Below are positions 22,701 to 36,450 of a stretch of DNA of 64,000 nt, piece by piece; the first letter of the stretch is position 1; every line of letters starts with the position of its first letter. This DNA is from Selaginella moellendorffii (Eukaryota; Plantae; Lycopodiophyta), in the NCBI RefSeq assembly GCF_000143415.4, contig NW_003314271.1, positions 1,198,204-1,262,203 on the forward strand, given 5' to 3'. The notes under the pieces are model-generated. The model saw only the letters and a program-made list of their open reading frames with translations, searched no databases and was not told the DNA's origin. The translations under genes were made by a program, and so were the position numbers.

Positions 22701-24908
22701 TATAGTTGTGTGGTGATTGTGGTTGCTGTGGAAGATTGTTGTCGACGATTGGTTCGTCGATCTAGTTGTTGTTGGATGATTGTGGCTGTTCGGCAGCTCG
22801 GTGTGAGTTGTTGACTTTTTTGTCGAGTGCTTGACTATTGGACGATTTGGGTTGTTCGTCTTTACTGCTGTTGACTGGGTATATCAGAGTGCGACTGTAA
22901 TTGGTGAAGTCAAGTTGTCGTCTCGTCGGCACGTTGAAGTTGAAAGTGTGTTTGAAAGGTCTTGTTGATAGCGGGCTTCGGTAGATGTTGGAAGCAAATG
23001 TGGGATATATTGGTGTTGTGAAGATCAGTCGGTATGGCGAAAATGGTGCTGGTCTGGTGAAGTCTATGAAGCTGGGCGGGAAACTTGGTCGTTTGTCATC
23101 ATTGTAGATGGGGTTGGTGAATGTACCTTTGAAGTGGTTGTATGCTGCTTGAAAAATGTTTTGTTGCTCGGGCGTAGTCTGTGTCGACTGCTCAAATGTT
23201 CGGTTGGGCTCGGGCACTTCGGTGGGTGTCGTCGAGGGTGCTGCCAGTGGTGTGTCCGATGGTGTTGTGTAGTCAACGTATTCTTCACGGATGTCTGAGA
23301 CTGGTTCGTCGGAGTTAGCTCACGGTAACAATTCGTGTCGGATGTAATTCTCTCTCTTGGAGGGTCTGATAACTTGATTCAACTTCTCTTGGTCTTTCTT
23401 TCTCTTTGTTTCTAAATTCTTCAAATCTCTATCTAAACGTCAGATAAGCTGTTGTCGGTCTTCTTCCAACTTGCTGGATGTTCTTCTTGGTTTTGGATAC
23501 ATGCATTCTTCTACTTGTTGTCGGTGTCAGATTCGTGTCCGCAGTCGGTCATGCAGTTCGGGCAGAACTTCGGGAAGACTGGCAGCGGGCCAATTGTTGA
23601 TAAAGTCGTTGTGAGCTTGTTCTTTCTTTTCACTGCAAATATCGACGTTGGTGCGTGTTGGGTTGGGTTGTGTTCAGCCGAGGTGTGTTGGGTTGAGTGT
23701 GCTGGTGCAGTATGCAGACTGGTCTTCCACTTGCTGGTGCCGAGATGGAGCTCGATGAAGAGTTTTGGAGATTCGGGTTTGTTTGGAATGATTTCTTTGA
23801 TAATGTCGTCGAGTTGTTCGAGACCAGATTGGGTGATGGCGTGATTGGAGAGAGTTGTTACAGTGAACGTGTTGATTTTGAACCGAGTTCAGACTGTAGT
23901 TTCAGTGCTGAGATGCTGACTTTGTTGGAGGGGTTGTCAAAAAATCGGTGGTGCGTTGTGAAGTTGTCCCTCGACAAGTTGTCCAATATCGGGTAACAGA
24001 GTGATGGCTTCGTCGTTAGTGTAAGTTCTGAGGATGTGCTTTGATATTGGGAGTGGGTGCAGGAACTGGAATTGTGTCGGAGCACTAAGATTGCTGGGTT
24101 GATGACTGCTCGGAAGATGGGTTCATTTCGGCAGTGGTGTCGGTTTGTATTGAGCATGCTGGTTGAGGGCTTGAGCTTGGAGTGGCTGGTCTTGTGCTCG
24201 AAGATGAAGTTCGCCAGTGAAGTTGCTGAGGGCATCCACTGATGAAGGTGCTGGGCGACTGGAGTTTCTTGTCAAAAAGGGTTGTTGGTGTTCTTTGTCG
24301 GTGATGGGACTCAGAGATCTTGAGAGAGAGCTTTCAGATTCTTCAAAGATCTCCTCTGGAAAGCGTTTGTCTATACTGCATTGGGCAGTGACCGCTTGGA
24401 TGCCGTTGATCCATATTGGTGGTGGCATTTGCTTGTTGAATTTGGGCGAATTGGGTGGCAAATTGGGTAGCAAATTGGGTGGCAAATTGGGTAGTGAATT
24501 TTGGCGAGTTGGGTAGATTGCTTGATTGTTCTTGCTATCTGTGCACAGAGAATGGAGAAAGAACGGAAGAATTTGTGAACCTGAAGGGGAATTCAAAAGC
24601 CGTGGTCGCCAAATGAAGAGGTGTGAAAACTTCTCTTCGCTGGAAATCTATTGTTAGTAAGAAAACAAAAGAGAAAAGGGCCCGATCTCCAAGGGTTAAG
24701 AAGAAGCACGAGTAAAAGAATGCTGTGTATTGATAAAAAAAATGATGGAATGGAGATAAGGATCCATAATTCGGATTTCCCCCTTTGAAAGGCTAGCAGT
24801 TCTAACTGCTAGCATATACTATATGCTATGTATGATTTAATCTATGGCTCCGATGCAGCCTTGGGGTCAAGGTCGGAGTCCCCTGAGCCTAGGTTTTTGG
24901 TTGATACA
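18676..24908 (-). mobile_element. Ty3/gypsy LTR retrotransposon, 5' half (LTR-PBS-gag-PR-RT-RH), 3' end removed
   Basis: LTR ~24614-24908 (TG...CA); PBS TGGCGACCACGG (tRNA-Arg type) at 24600-24611. Two CCHC knuckles (21585-21872), protease AIIDSGSSINI (~20466-20498), RT MPFGL/FMDDF and RH FHIHVDTS. Frameshifts and stops present. Confidence 0.9.
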
Positions 24909-25580
24909 GAGGGAAACAATGTCAATGGGCCAATGCTTTGGCTGAGTTTGATTGTGAGATTCTGTATAAACTTAGGAAGAGTAACATCGTGGTAGATGCT
25001 CTAAGTCGAAAGGCAAGCTTAAAATTGATGATATCTAGTGCAACAACAACCTTTTGGGATGATGTGCGGACAACATATGAGAATGATGGTCTAGCACAAG
25101 AAGTGTTGCTAAGGAACCAAATGGCTCAGGATGCCCACCAGAGAGGTGAGTTGCTAACAGAAGAGAAAACAAGTTATGTGGAACACAATGGACTCATTTA
25201 TTACAAACAAACAAGGGTATATGTTCTAGAAGGGGAACTAAGGAAGATAACCTTACAAGAGTGTCATGATAAACCTCTCGTAGGACACGGTGGAGTGCCT
25301 AAGACGATGGGCTTACTCAAGAGGAAGTATCACCGGCCAAACATGGCTAAAGACGTCCAAGATTATGTAAAAACATGTCCAACATATCTAACATGTCAGC
25401 AAGTCAAAGTGGATGTAGAAGGTGTGGCGAAGCTGTTCTTCGAACAAGTGGTTCAAGTGTGGGGAAGGCCAGACGAGATTATCTCAGATCGAGATAAGAT
25501 CTTTACTAGTAAGTTCTGGAGAACTCTCATGAAACAATATCGCACCAAGTTGAAATTTAGCATAGCCTATCACCCATAGA
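24909..25580 (+). pseudogene. Second gypsy element: RNase H end and integrase remnant
   Basis: LAEFDCEILYK..NIVVDALSR; zinc finger H..GH..C..C; IISDRDKIFTSKFW; FSIAYHP. Internal deletion. Confidence 0.85.
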
Positions 25581-28063
25581 CAGGTATTGGGTATTAAGTA
25601 AAGTTTGATGGCAATGTAAAGCAAGTCTATCACTGCTAAATTATTATCGAGCGAAGCAAGTGTCAAAAGCCCTTGACGAAGTCTTACAAGTAATCACTAA
25701 TTGCAAAGCAACCAACAATCACACTTCAACTTGTCTTCACAAGATCCAAACACTAAACTCACATCATTGAGTTATATATTTGTTCAATATGAATATAATA
25801 CCCTATATATGAGATAAAGGTTTATAGACAAACACAAAGTAAATGACCACTCGAATCCAACTCAACCACAATAAACTTGCTAATATGTATAGCTAATAGC
25901 TCTGAGCATCCCTTGAAAAGGCTAATTATGCATGATCAACACTCAACCGAAATTAAAGTAAAAACCATGAGATAAATTCATATTGGTATACAACCTCCTC
26001 ATAAACAAGACTATAGTATGGGTATTAACATCTCAACCTCAAACAACTAAGTTGGACATCACCATCCTTAGCCAAGACACAACCAAATCAAGATCAATGA
26101 GAGCTCACTATTCTTATAGAGTCTTAACGAAATGCAAGGTGTAACTTGCCACCAAACACAACACTATAAAGAAAGGCATAGTGGTCACTTTTTTAGAAAA
26201 GCACAACAACCACTTTTCTACATTAATTTTAGACTCCATCCAACTCAATTGCTTTAGCCTCAAGAAGTTAGCATCTTTTTGAGCCACATCATACAAATTA
26301 CCTACTAAGGTTTAAGCCAATTGAAGTTAATTCCAATCCCTTCACTAGTTTGTATTGGCTTTCGAAAATGGAATGGTTTTCGAGCAGAGTGATTAATAGA
26401 TCAGCCATTGGAAAAGTATAAGAAAATTTATGGAAATTTTCCATCCTAGAGAAAAAATAACTCTAAGTCTAAGAATGCAAACTTTCAAGACTCAACCAAC
26501 TTCCTCCTGCCAACAACTTCACATAGGTTTACCTCAACACAAATTCTCAAAACCCAATAATATGTTTAAGCATTAAACATCTTTGCGCATTTTTCTAACA
26601 TGCAACACCGACATCCATAAAATGCAAAATGAACATCCAAGGCTTGATCACGAAGACCATATTTTTAGATATCTACATTGCACTAACACTCTTCTTCAAT
26701 CACCTTCAAGATCCAATATGAAGCCAACACGAAAAATGACATGAAAATCAAGGTTTAAAGAAAATTCCTCATCACTCAAAATAACAATGCCACTTTCACT
26801 AACATAAGTGCTAGCGATGTCAGTGCTTCAACTATACACTTTATCCATCCGACAATCTACTCCAAGTGCTAACAGATAAACTAACAAGCCATAGCAAATG
26901 AATGCTATAACCCTTTCCAAACACTTCAATAGGCAAACCCTTAAGGAAACAAGGTATCAACATAAGTTTAGCATATCATAAATCATTATTAAAAATCTAG
27001 TCAAAGCTACTACAATGCTACTACGTGCAAGTAGACTAGCTTCACTATCAACCACTTTGGAGTTGATTATCGTTTAACCAAGCAACTTCATAAACACATT
27101 ACTCAAGATCACATAGATATGATATAAAAATCATAATGACTTGATCATCAATCAAGCAACACTATGAGCAACGCCCATGTCACTACTTCAAAGGTTTATG
27201 TGAATATCAAGTGCTAACTCAGTTTGATAAAATGCAACATAAATACCACATTCCACCGATAGAGATTTATAACACCAAATACCACCAACTTTATTCACAA
27301 CATTGACAAGCTCATGCCATTCTTTTTCTGACCAAACTCAAAACTAATCCAACACAAAGTTACCCAAGGAGCAATATCAAGGTTCCCCAGAAAAGAATTG
27401 AGCATTGCAACCCAAATCTTCCAATAGTAAACCTAGACAAAATGGTATAACACTTCACTGCTATCCATCCCTTGACTCCCCATTTGTAAGACCATCATAA
27501 CCAACATGCATCAAGACAAGGATTCTTCATTACATGATGTGAACATGAGTAATGAGTCATACCTTGTTGCAAATTATCTCTCCAAGAAGAGAAAATGATT
27601 TATGTGTTTGATCTTTTGTCCCTGACAACTCTCTTTTTGGTCTCATCTTTGACTAAACCTCAAGCTTGCATTCTCACTACCTTCAGTTCAATCCAAAAAA
27701 AGTTAATGAGAGAGCATGGCAATGACTACTTGAACCAATAGACTAATCCCTACAGTCTTTATTGATCCTCTTGTAATCATGTCTAGGAAGGATCCACTAG
27801 TGCCATGCTAAACAACTACAGACCAACCTATTTGCCACTCATATCAAACTCAGAGAAGGTGTACTATTTATCCACGGTACAACTCTTGGAACCACTGGAT
27901 CAACTCATGAAACCACCAATAGACTAATATTAATCCTACCAACACAAAGTGTAACCTTGAGTTGCTAATGTGCCCCACTTACGAACCCAAGCACAAACTT
28001 GTGCAAACAGAACAACTCAATCCCACTTATGAGCCCAAGAGCAAGCTCATATTATTACGGTAC

Positions 28064-29652
28064 TGTGAGACACAAAATCCCTAGGCCCCAAAGTGGAGCC
28101 GAAAGGGTGCCATGTGGTAGTGACCGAAGCAAAAGCCAAACGAGCATAACACGTTTGGACTAAAAGCTTCGACTTGAAAAGGTCGAGAGTGGGAGTAGAA
28201 CTCCCAATGAGGTGCTCGAGGAACGAGCACGAAGCGAGCAATAAGCGAGGCTCCAAAAAGGGACCCAAAAAGGACCGACACATGACACGTGGAAGAGTCT
28301 GAGATGGACCCCGAGATGGACCCGAGATGGAGTCCGAGATGGACTCCGAGATGGACTCCGAGATGGACCCGAGATGGAGTCTGAAATGGAGTCCGAGATG
28401 GAGTCCGAGATGGACCCGAGATGGACCCGAGATGAAGTCCGAGGTGGACCCGAGATGGACCTGAGATGGAGTCGAAGATGGACCCGAGATGGAGTCCGAG
28501 ATGGAGTCCGAGATGGACCCGAGATGGAGTCCAAGATGGAGTCCGAGACCGAGACTGGGACTAAGACCGACTCCGAGTCCGAAACCGGGACCAAGACCGA
28601 GTCCGAGTCCGAATACTAATACAGGCATTGGGTGAAAGCCCAAAGCGATCGTCCCCCCGGGGGGGGGGGGGGGGGGGGGGGGGCCTTCGCGAGGGTTCCC
28701 AAAAATTAATAAGGAAAAGTGTGGGCTTGGAGCCCAGTGGAGCCAGTTTTGCCCAGGAAAGGCCAGTTTGGCCCAGGAAGGCCATACCCAGTGTTGAGTG
28801 ATAAGCTGACCACTGGGAAGTCCAAGGCTAGAGTGAACACAGACCGACAAGTGGGGTAGCTTGGTGAAGTGTTCAAGAGCTGGCTCTAGTTCCCCCGGGA
28901 GATCGACTGGCCGATGCTCCCAGTCCAAGTGTGGGTGGCACTACCTACTTGGATACCTGGTGTGGCTCAAGGGAACCTCGCTCTAAGCCCATGGCTAGAG
29001 CACCCAAAAGCAGAAGGCAAGGAGAGTATCCACGAGGCCCGCATAGGGCCACGGTGTTCCGAAATGTTGCCCCAAAGTCCCAGACTGTGGAAAGGAAAAG
29101 GAGTAGCCCTCTGGTGTGGTGACAAAGGATGTGCAGTCACACAGTGAGGAAGTCCCAGAGGACAGTTGGACTTAGTGGTCGGGCCTATGGGCCTTGATCC
29201 AGTGGCAGTGTTAGTGAACACGGCCATGGATAGGAAGGGACTTGGTGGGGACCGGGAAGGAGACATTGGGGAAGGCTATTCCCCATGTCTGCAGGCATCC
29301 TGAGGATGCTATGGAGTGGATCTAAGATAGCCACTCATGGATGGATGGCCTAGTCTTTGAGAGACAGGATTGTAATGTAGGTGGTGTTGAACCACCGATG
29401 TGACCAAGGTGAATGGGCATGGCCTAGCGTAACGGGCTGGTGTGTCGGTGGTACCTTGGGGTGTCGGTTATGGGATCGGACACATGGAGCACTTGGACCA
29501 AGTGCAAAGGTTGAGTGGCGTGGATGCCATTCTCGGGGCTAGCAAGCCCCAAGTTCTGAATAGGACTTATGGAGGTTGTGAATGAGACTCCTCCATGTGG
29601 TCAGAGATGTGGTTAAGTGACTAAGGTAGAATGGAAAAATTAGTCGCTTACA
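28064..29652 (+). repeat. 5' LTR with 11/12-bp minisatellite and G25 tract
   Basis: Direct repeat of 33726-35384; followed by PBS. Confidence 0.95.
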
Positions 29653-32600
29653 ACTTGGTATCAGAGCTGTTCCTTAGTTCGACTCTTATTGGTGGCCAAG
29701 TATATCACCACTTGTATTGGAATTGGAAGGTCCTAGATATGGACCTATCCTTGAGGAGTAGCATGTCGAGAGGACATGGCTCTCCACTCAAGTTCATGCG
29801 TGAATTTGTGCGCGATGTGGTGGATGGAAAAGGGCCAGTAAGGGAACGACTTTGGGATCTTGGGAACGGTATAAGGTTTCCCTCAAAGAGTTGAGGATGT
29901 GATCCGGATGAGCGTTTGACTCAGCAAACTGGCTAAGGTAGTTGTGGTAAACAACTATAGTTGGGATCACGGGAAAGATAGGGGCTCCAAAACAATAAAG
30001 GAGTCACAAGATAATCCTCACATAGTTGAGGCTAATGCTCATGAATTTGAGACCGAAATTGATGGCCATGAGAGGTCAAGTACGGATGAGGGCACGAGCC
30101 CTCGAAATGGTAGCTGGGGCTACCTTTTATTAATGCTAGAACGAACCCAAGGAGTTGGGGGTGTACTCAGAGGATGAGTTGGTGTTCTCATCACATGGAC
30201 AATGAGTTGGTGTTCTCATCACATGGACAAGTGGTCCTAAGGGGCAAAATGTTGCCCCAAGAGAACAAATCAAGTGTCAGAGTAACACTTGCAAAAGATG
30301 GTCTTTGTGAGCAAGACCTGAATACAAGAAGTTATATTCCAGCGAGCTGGCACCTCAAAAGTAAAACTTTATAGGTCGGGGGATTAGCAAAGTCCAAAAT
30401 GTTGGATGACTCAAGTAGAGTCAGGGAATGGTCCTAAAAGATTGGTAGAAGTATTTGGACTGAGGTGTACGGTGCCCCATGAGGTATGGGGAGGATCATA
30501 AGATCCAAGTATGAGAACAATGGGTATCTCATTGATGGCAGAATGTGCCATACTAAAGTTGTGGGAAAGGTGTTCCCAAAAGAAAACAACTTTGACACAA
30601 AGTTGTGTGTAAACACTATGGTGCAGTGTTAATGGATAGTTAGCATGAGAAACAATTATATTAGTCTTGGCAAAGACCTAGACACTAATAAGTAGTGTCA
30701 TAAGGGTAGGCTCGTGAGGCCAATGGTGTGGAGACACCAGATGTGCCAAGGTGTGATACCTTGAGGTTATGATGGCGGGTTCATAAGAACCCTTTGCCAA
30801 GGGAATCCCAATGGAAGTGGGAATGGCATGGCCTAAGCTGGAAGGCATGCGGTTGGAGTGTGATGACCCAGATAATGATGGAGGTGTGGAAGCATCAAGC
30901 AATGAGTTGTAGGACTTGACAACTATGAGGCAACTAAGCAAGAGGTGCAAAGATAATTGGTTAAACATGTGGAAGGTAACTACCCAAGACTTCTTAATGG
31001 CATAAGGAAGTTAAATATACCCTTCCAGGGGATAAATTGCTTATGTTGCGATATAGTGAGTCAATGTCATAAAAGGAAATGCTCATTGTCAAGGAGACCA
31101 TCATTGGGACACCCAAACACTCTGGAACACTAAGAGGTGGTGTTTGGTGTCGCGAGGGCAATAGATAAGGCCCAAGGGACTAAATCCCTAGCAAATGATG
31201 GATAGAAGGTGCTATCCAAATGTCCAAGGTTGTGGAGATGGGAGAAGACTATCTACTTGAATTGGACAAAGCCAAAAATCAAATTTTGGCAAGGCTAGTG
31301 AAGGCCCATAAGCAGTAACGTTAATCCCGGTATGTGGGATTATAAGGTGAGCATACTTGGATTGAGGAACTACTCCCTAGGCTATCAGGTAGGTTCATCC
31401 CTAAGAATACTTGCTAAGGCGTGATAGAAAGTGCAAAGCTATCCTCCTAGTCTGGAAGAGAATGACCGAAGGAAAGGTGTGAAGCCAAAAGCAAGTAGTA
31501 AGGGGATAGAACTGAACCATAGGAATCGAAGGGCATGACCAAGGCTGGTTATGCCAGCTGGGAGTGGAGAATCAAGTGGGGGCTCGAAGGTGTTGTTGCT
31601 AGCAACCATGATGCCATAGAGAGTCTAAAATATGGAATTGTCCATATTAGACTATATGGCAACTAGAAAGCTTGCGAAAAGGGAGGCCTTAGCAAGCTAA
31701 GGGACCTTCAAGGTTCCCAAAGACGATTCTAGGTAGCTTAGTACCTAGAAAGGCCAAGTGTAAATGGTTCATGGATCGCGCGAAACCAGAGTGGCGCAGC
31801 AGAAGCATGGTCTTGAAGCTTGCCATGAGGCAAGGCTATCAAGGTTAGGGAAGTAGTTCCCGAGTGTTCAAAGAGAGGGCTTTGAACGAAAGTCGATGGT
31901 CAAGGACTTTCACGCTTATGCAGGAACCATGTTACGGTGGCCAGAGGACTTGCCAAGCGAGATTGGCAAGTCGGGGGAACAAGTACCCTAGTTGAAGGTG
32001 ATAACTTCAAGAAGGGTGGGTCATGGGGCCAAGCATGGAGGAGTCCATGCATGATCACAGACGTGTCAAGTGAAAAGACTTTGCAGGGTGGAGAAACTAG
32101 GTTCCTAAGCTGTGATCTGTAGCACGCTTTAAATGTATGATGGTGCACCGGCGTGGGGAGTCACGCCAAACATCTTGGGTGATGCCGTCCGTAGATGCAT
32201 ATATGGAAGTTGGGTTCGAGTCCCGACCCTCTAGTGCTTGGGTTCGAGTCCCAACTCACTAGGGCATGGTGATGGTTTGGAATATGAGGACACTCATATT
32301 TCAGTGGTCATGGACTCTCAATGGGGAGACTGGTTTGGGCACACCGCCAAGCGAGGGATGCCTCGGAGTCGTGATGCACGGTTAAATTGCTTAGTGTGAA
32401 AGCTCGACATATCTAACTTGAGCACTTTGGTGCAAGTGGCACCAAGGACGTGGTGAATGAGATGGGGACACCCAGTCTCAGTTGCTATGGACCCTTGGCC
32501 AGATGGGCTGGCTTGGGTGCACCACCAAGTGTGGGGGATGCCCCTGGGGTCATAGTGAACAACTTAAAGGTCTAGAAGACCTAGTACCTATTGGCAAACC

Positions 32601-33725
32601 TATTAAGGTGCCAAGGTTAGATCACTAAATGATCTTATGGCCAAAACAAGGACAAGGTCCTTGTGAGGTTAAGGGATAAAGTTCCAAGTTCAAAGTGTTG
32701 ATTGGAACTATTGATGATGGTGTGGTTTGGTCAAGGTGACCAAGTGGGAAGAACACCTACGGGAAATGAGCTATGTCAATGCAAAGACATAGTAAGTCTG
32801 AGGAAAGTAGTCTCAATAAGAGACCCATGGGAGGGTCACAAAGTTGGGCCGTGGATAGAGCCCATAGCAGAAGATGCTAAAGAAACGTACTAGGGGTGAA
32901 CACCCTCTAGACTTGGCAAAGGAGAGTCTTTGCTATGGAACCGAAAGGATACTTCAAAAACAGAGGTAGCAATCCTATATTGCGGGGTGCAACAATCAAG
33001 GATAGGAGCAAAAGACTAATGGCTAAGAAAAGAGCCTTGGGAATCATGGGAAAGAATCCAAGTGGCAAAGTTAGGCCAAGAACACTAATGTGTTGGGTGC
33101 TAACGGATTATGGGAATAGCAATGTGTTTCCAAAGATGGATTCCCAATTGCTCCGATTTGGCGAAAGTGAAAGCTCCAAGGGTGAGAGCGGTAAAGTAGC
33201 CAAAGGATAGGGCTGTGGACAACCTTAGCACAAATTATGATAACTAAAACTTGCCAAAGGTGACACGATATCGAAGAGAGGATGATGGTGCCCTCAAGTA
33301 AAGAACTTCCTAGGATGGGGAAGGGGAGTTGCACCATGTGTAATGTGAGGTGTCGGAGACACCTAGGAAATTGACTCTGAGAAGTCAAAATTAAAAGTTC
33401 TAAAGTGCAAAAGGTTATGTCGAAGGAATCTGAGACTACTCGAGAATGAGTAGTGGGATTGGGTTAGAGAAGGAGTCTCTAATGGGTTTAGTGAGAACTA
33501 AACTAATAAAAGGAGAAAACCACCACAAGTGGTCGAATGAGTCTTTAAGTTGAAGAGACTATGCTCCTTAGAGGATGGGTAAGGCAAGGTGAGCTTTCGG
33601 TATTAAACTATGGACGAATGTTGGCGAGGGGCCAAGGATGCAAAGGGTAATACAAGCTAGTATTACTTTATAAAATAGTTTTTCGTTCGATGAGGACATC
33701 GAACTTCGTCTATGGGTGGTGGAGT

Positions 33726-34232
33726 TGTGAGACACAAAATTCCTAGGCCCCAAAGTGAAGCCAAAAGGGTGCTATGTGGTAGTGGCCGAAGCGAAAGCCA
33801 AACGAGCGTAATACGTTTGGACTAAAAGCTCCGACTTGAAAAGGTCGAGAGTGGGAGTGGAACTTCCAACGAGGTGCTCGAGGAACGAGCACGAAGCAAG
33901 CAATAAGCGAGGCTCCAAAAAGGGACCCAAAAAGGACCGACACATGACACGTGGAAGAGTCCGAGATGGACCCCGAGATGGACCTGAGATGGAGTCCGAG
34001 ATGGAGTCCGAGATGGACCCCGAGATGGACCCGAGATGGACCCCGAGATGGACTCCGAGATGGAGTCCGAGATGGAGTCTGAGATGGACCCGAGATGGAT
34101 CCAAGATGGAGTCCCAGATGGAGTCCGAGATGGAGTCCGAGATGGACCCGAGATGGAGTCCGAGATGGACCTGAGATGAAGTCTGAGATGGAGTCCGAGA
34201 TGGACCCGAGATGGAGTCCGAGATGGAATTGG

Positions 34233-34263
<31 letters not shown>

Positions 34264-35384
34264 TCCGAGTCCGAAACCGGGACCAAGACCGAGTCCGAGT
34301 CCGAAACCGGGACCGAGACTGAGTCCGAGTTCGATTTCGAGTCCGAGTTCGAGTCCGAATACTAATACAGGCAGTTGGGTGAAAGCCCAAAGCAATCGTC
34401 CCCTAGAGGGGGGGGGGCTGCGGGGGGTTCCAAAAGTATAGTAGGGAGAGTGTGGGGGTTGGAGCCCAGTGGAGCCAGTTTTGCCCAGGAAAGGCTAGTT
34501 TGGTCCAGAAAGGCCATACCCAGTGTTGGGTGATGAGCTGACCACTGGGAAGTCCAAGGCTAGAGTGAACACAAACCGACAAGCGGGGTAGCTTGGTGAA
34601 GTGTTCAAGAGCCGGCTCTAGTTCCCCCGGGAGATCGACTGGCCAATGCTCCTAGTCCAAGGGTGGGTGGCACTACCTACTTGGATACCTGGTGTGGCTC
34701 AAGGGAACCTCGCTCTAAGCCCATGGCTAAAGCACCCAAAAGCAGAAGGCGAGGAGAGTACCCACGAGGCCCGCATAGGGCCACGGTGTTCCGAAATGTT
34801 GCCCCAAAGTCCCAGACTGTGGAAAGGAAAAGGAGTAGCCCTCTGGTGTGGTGACAAAGGATGTGCAGTCACACAGTGAGGAAGTCCCAGAGGATAGTTG
34901 GACTTAGTGGTCGGGCCTGTGGGCCTTGATCCAGTGGCAGTGTTAGTGAACACGGCCATGGATAGGAAGGGACTTGGTGGGGACTGGGAAGGAGACATTG
35001 GGGAATGCTATTCCCCATGACTGCAGGCATCCTGAGGATGCTATAGAGTGGATCTAGGATAGCCACTCATGGATGGATGGCCTAGTCTTTGAGAGACAGG
35101 ATTGTAATGTAGGTGGTGTTGAACCACTGATGTGACCAAGGTGAATGGGCATGGCCTAGCGTAACGGGCTAGTGTGTCGGTGGTACCTTGGGGTGTCGGT
35201 CATGGGATCGGACATGTGGAGCACTTGGACCAAGTGCAAAGGTTGAGTGGCGTGGATGCCATTCTCGGGGCTAGCAAGCCCCAAGTTCTGAATAGGACTT
35301 ATGGAGGTTGTGAATGAGACTCTTCCATGTGGTCGGAGATGCGGTTAAGTGACTAAGGTAGAATGGAAAAATTAGTCGCTTACA
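33726..35384 (+). repeat. 3' LTR
   Basis: Preceded by PPT, followed by TSD GGTAC. Confidence 0.95.
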
Positions 35385-35389
35385 GGTAC

Positions 35390-36450
35390 AAAAAGGTAAC
35401 TAAAATCCATACCCAAGGAACGAATGCGAAGCCTTTGCACTCAAATGTGTACCCACTTAGATCATTGTTTTCATCTCTGCGTATGCAACAAGATTAGTTG
35501 CCTAATCTTATTGGATAGTACTCACCGAGACATATCCTTTGATACCAAATATAGCATACGTGGTTTTTACACTTTATCCTATGGTGTTTTACCATAGGAT
35601 AACACCACGAAGTAGAACTTAAACCCTCCAATGTGCCATGTGTCATATGCCATGTGCCACATGCCACGTGTCCAAAGGATAGTGGAGTGGAACCCGAGTT
35701 TCAGAGCCTTAGGCCACTGAATGAAAAAATGGAGTCAAACTCCCAAGCATGGAGCCTAGGAGCGATGGAACCAAACCACAAAGAAACTCCCGAGTATATA
35801 GCCTAAGGAGCGAAGGGACAGGAGCAGGGAGCGACTTGGAACAATCCTAGAGCATCTAGCATCCCAATGCCAGGACCAACATGCAAAACGGAGCCAAACG
35901 GAGTCTGGCGCTATTTTAGCATACCGATGGCCTAACACGAGGACATGGGTACTCCAGCAACTAGCATGGTGTGGAACTTGGGCTTAGACATAAGCCATAT
36001 ACAAAACAAAGACAGGCATGCAAGCGGGAGCTAGACTATGCTTCAGGTTGGTTGGCCATGCCTGACCTACCCACTATCCCTACTATACATTTGGAACCCC
36101 CCATAGCCCCCCCCCCCCCCCTAGGAACACAAGCTTTGAGCTTTCACCCCAAACTTCCCTTAGTATTATGAGTTAGTCTCTAGGACAAGCTTGAAACTTA
36201 CTAAATATGGAATGTTTTTAGATTGCGAATTTGGACATGGGATAAACACCATTGTGTTCAGAACAATCTCTACATTTCATAGATATGCCAAATGAGAAAA
36301 TCTGGACACTTTCTATAAATAACATTTGGGACCGAATTGAAACTAATAGAAAGGGCATGATAACGAGGGTGTTTAGCAAACACAGTAAGCTATCATCTAG
36401 TGATATTGAGGAACTAGTCTCAATATGCGAGAGTTTTTGCCAAGCTAGTG
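35390..36450 (+). repeat. Degenerate dispersed repeat 'family C' (probably non-coding part of an old retroelement)
   Basis: Parts recur inverted at 3217-3430 and 60487-60766. Confidence 0.65.

Larger units (their letters stand above)
28064..35384 (+). mobile_element. Full-length non-autonomous (LARD-like) family A LTR retrotransposon, 7.3 kb
   Basis: LTRs 28064-29652 and 33726-35384 (TG...CA), exact TSD GGTAC, tRNA-iMet PBS TGGTATCAGAGC at 29656-29667, PPT before 33726. The ~4.1-kb internal region has no recognisable gag/pol. Confidence 0.95.

Noticed and set aside
25581-28063. Possible genes in the long AT-rich stretch (also 36450-39700)
   Set aside because: No ORF or motif support; probably decayed retroelement sequence that I cannot classify.
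28684-28730. Local cluster of differences between the two LTRs
   Set aside because: It directly follows a 25-G homopolymer, so base-calling error is likely.
32200-32260. tRNA gene
   Set aside because: Only T-arm-like hairpins; no acceptor, D or anticodon stems found.
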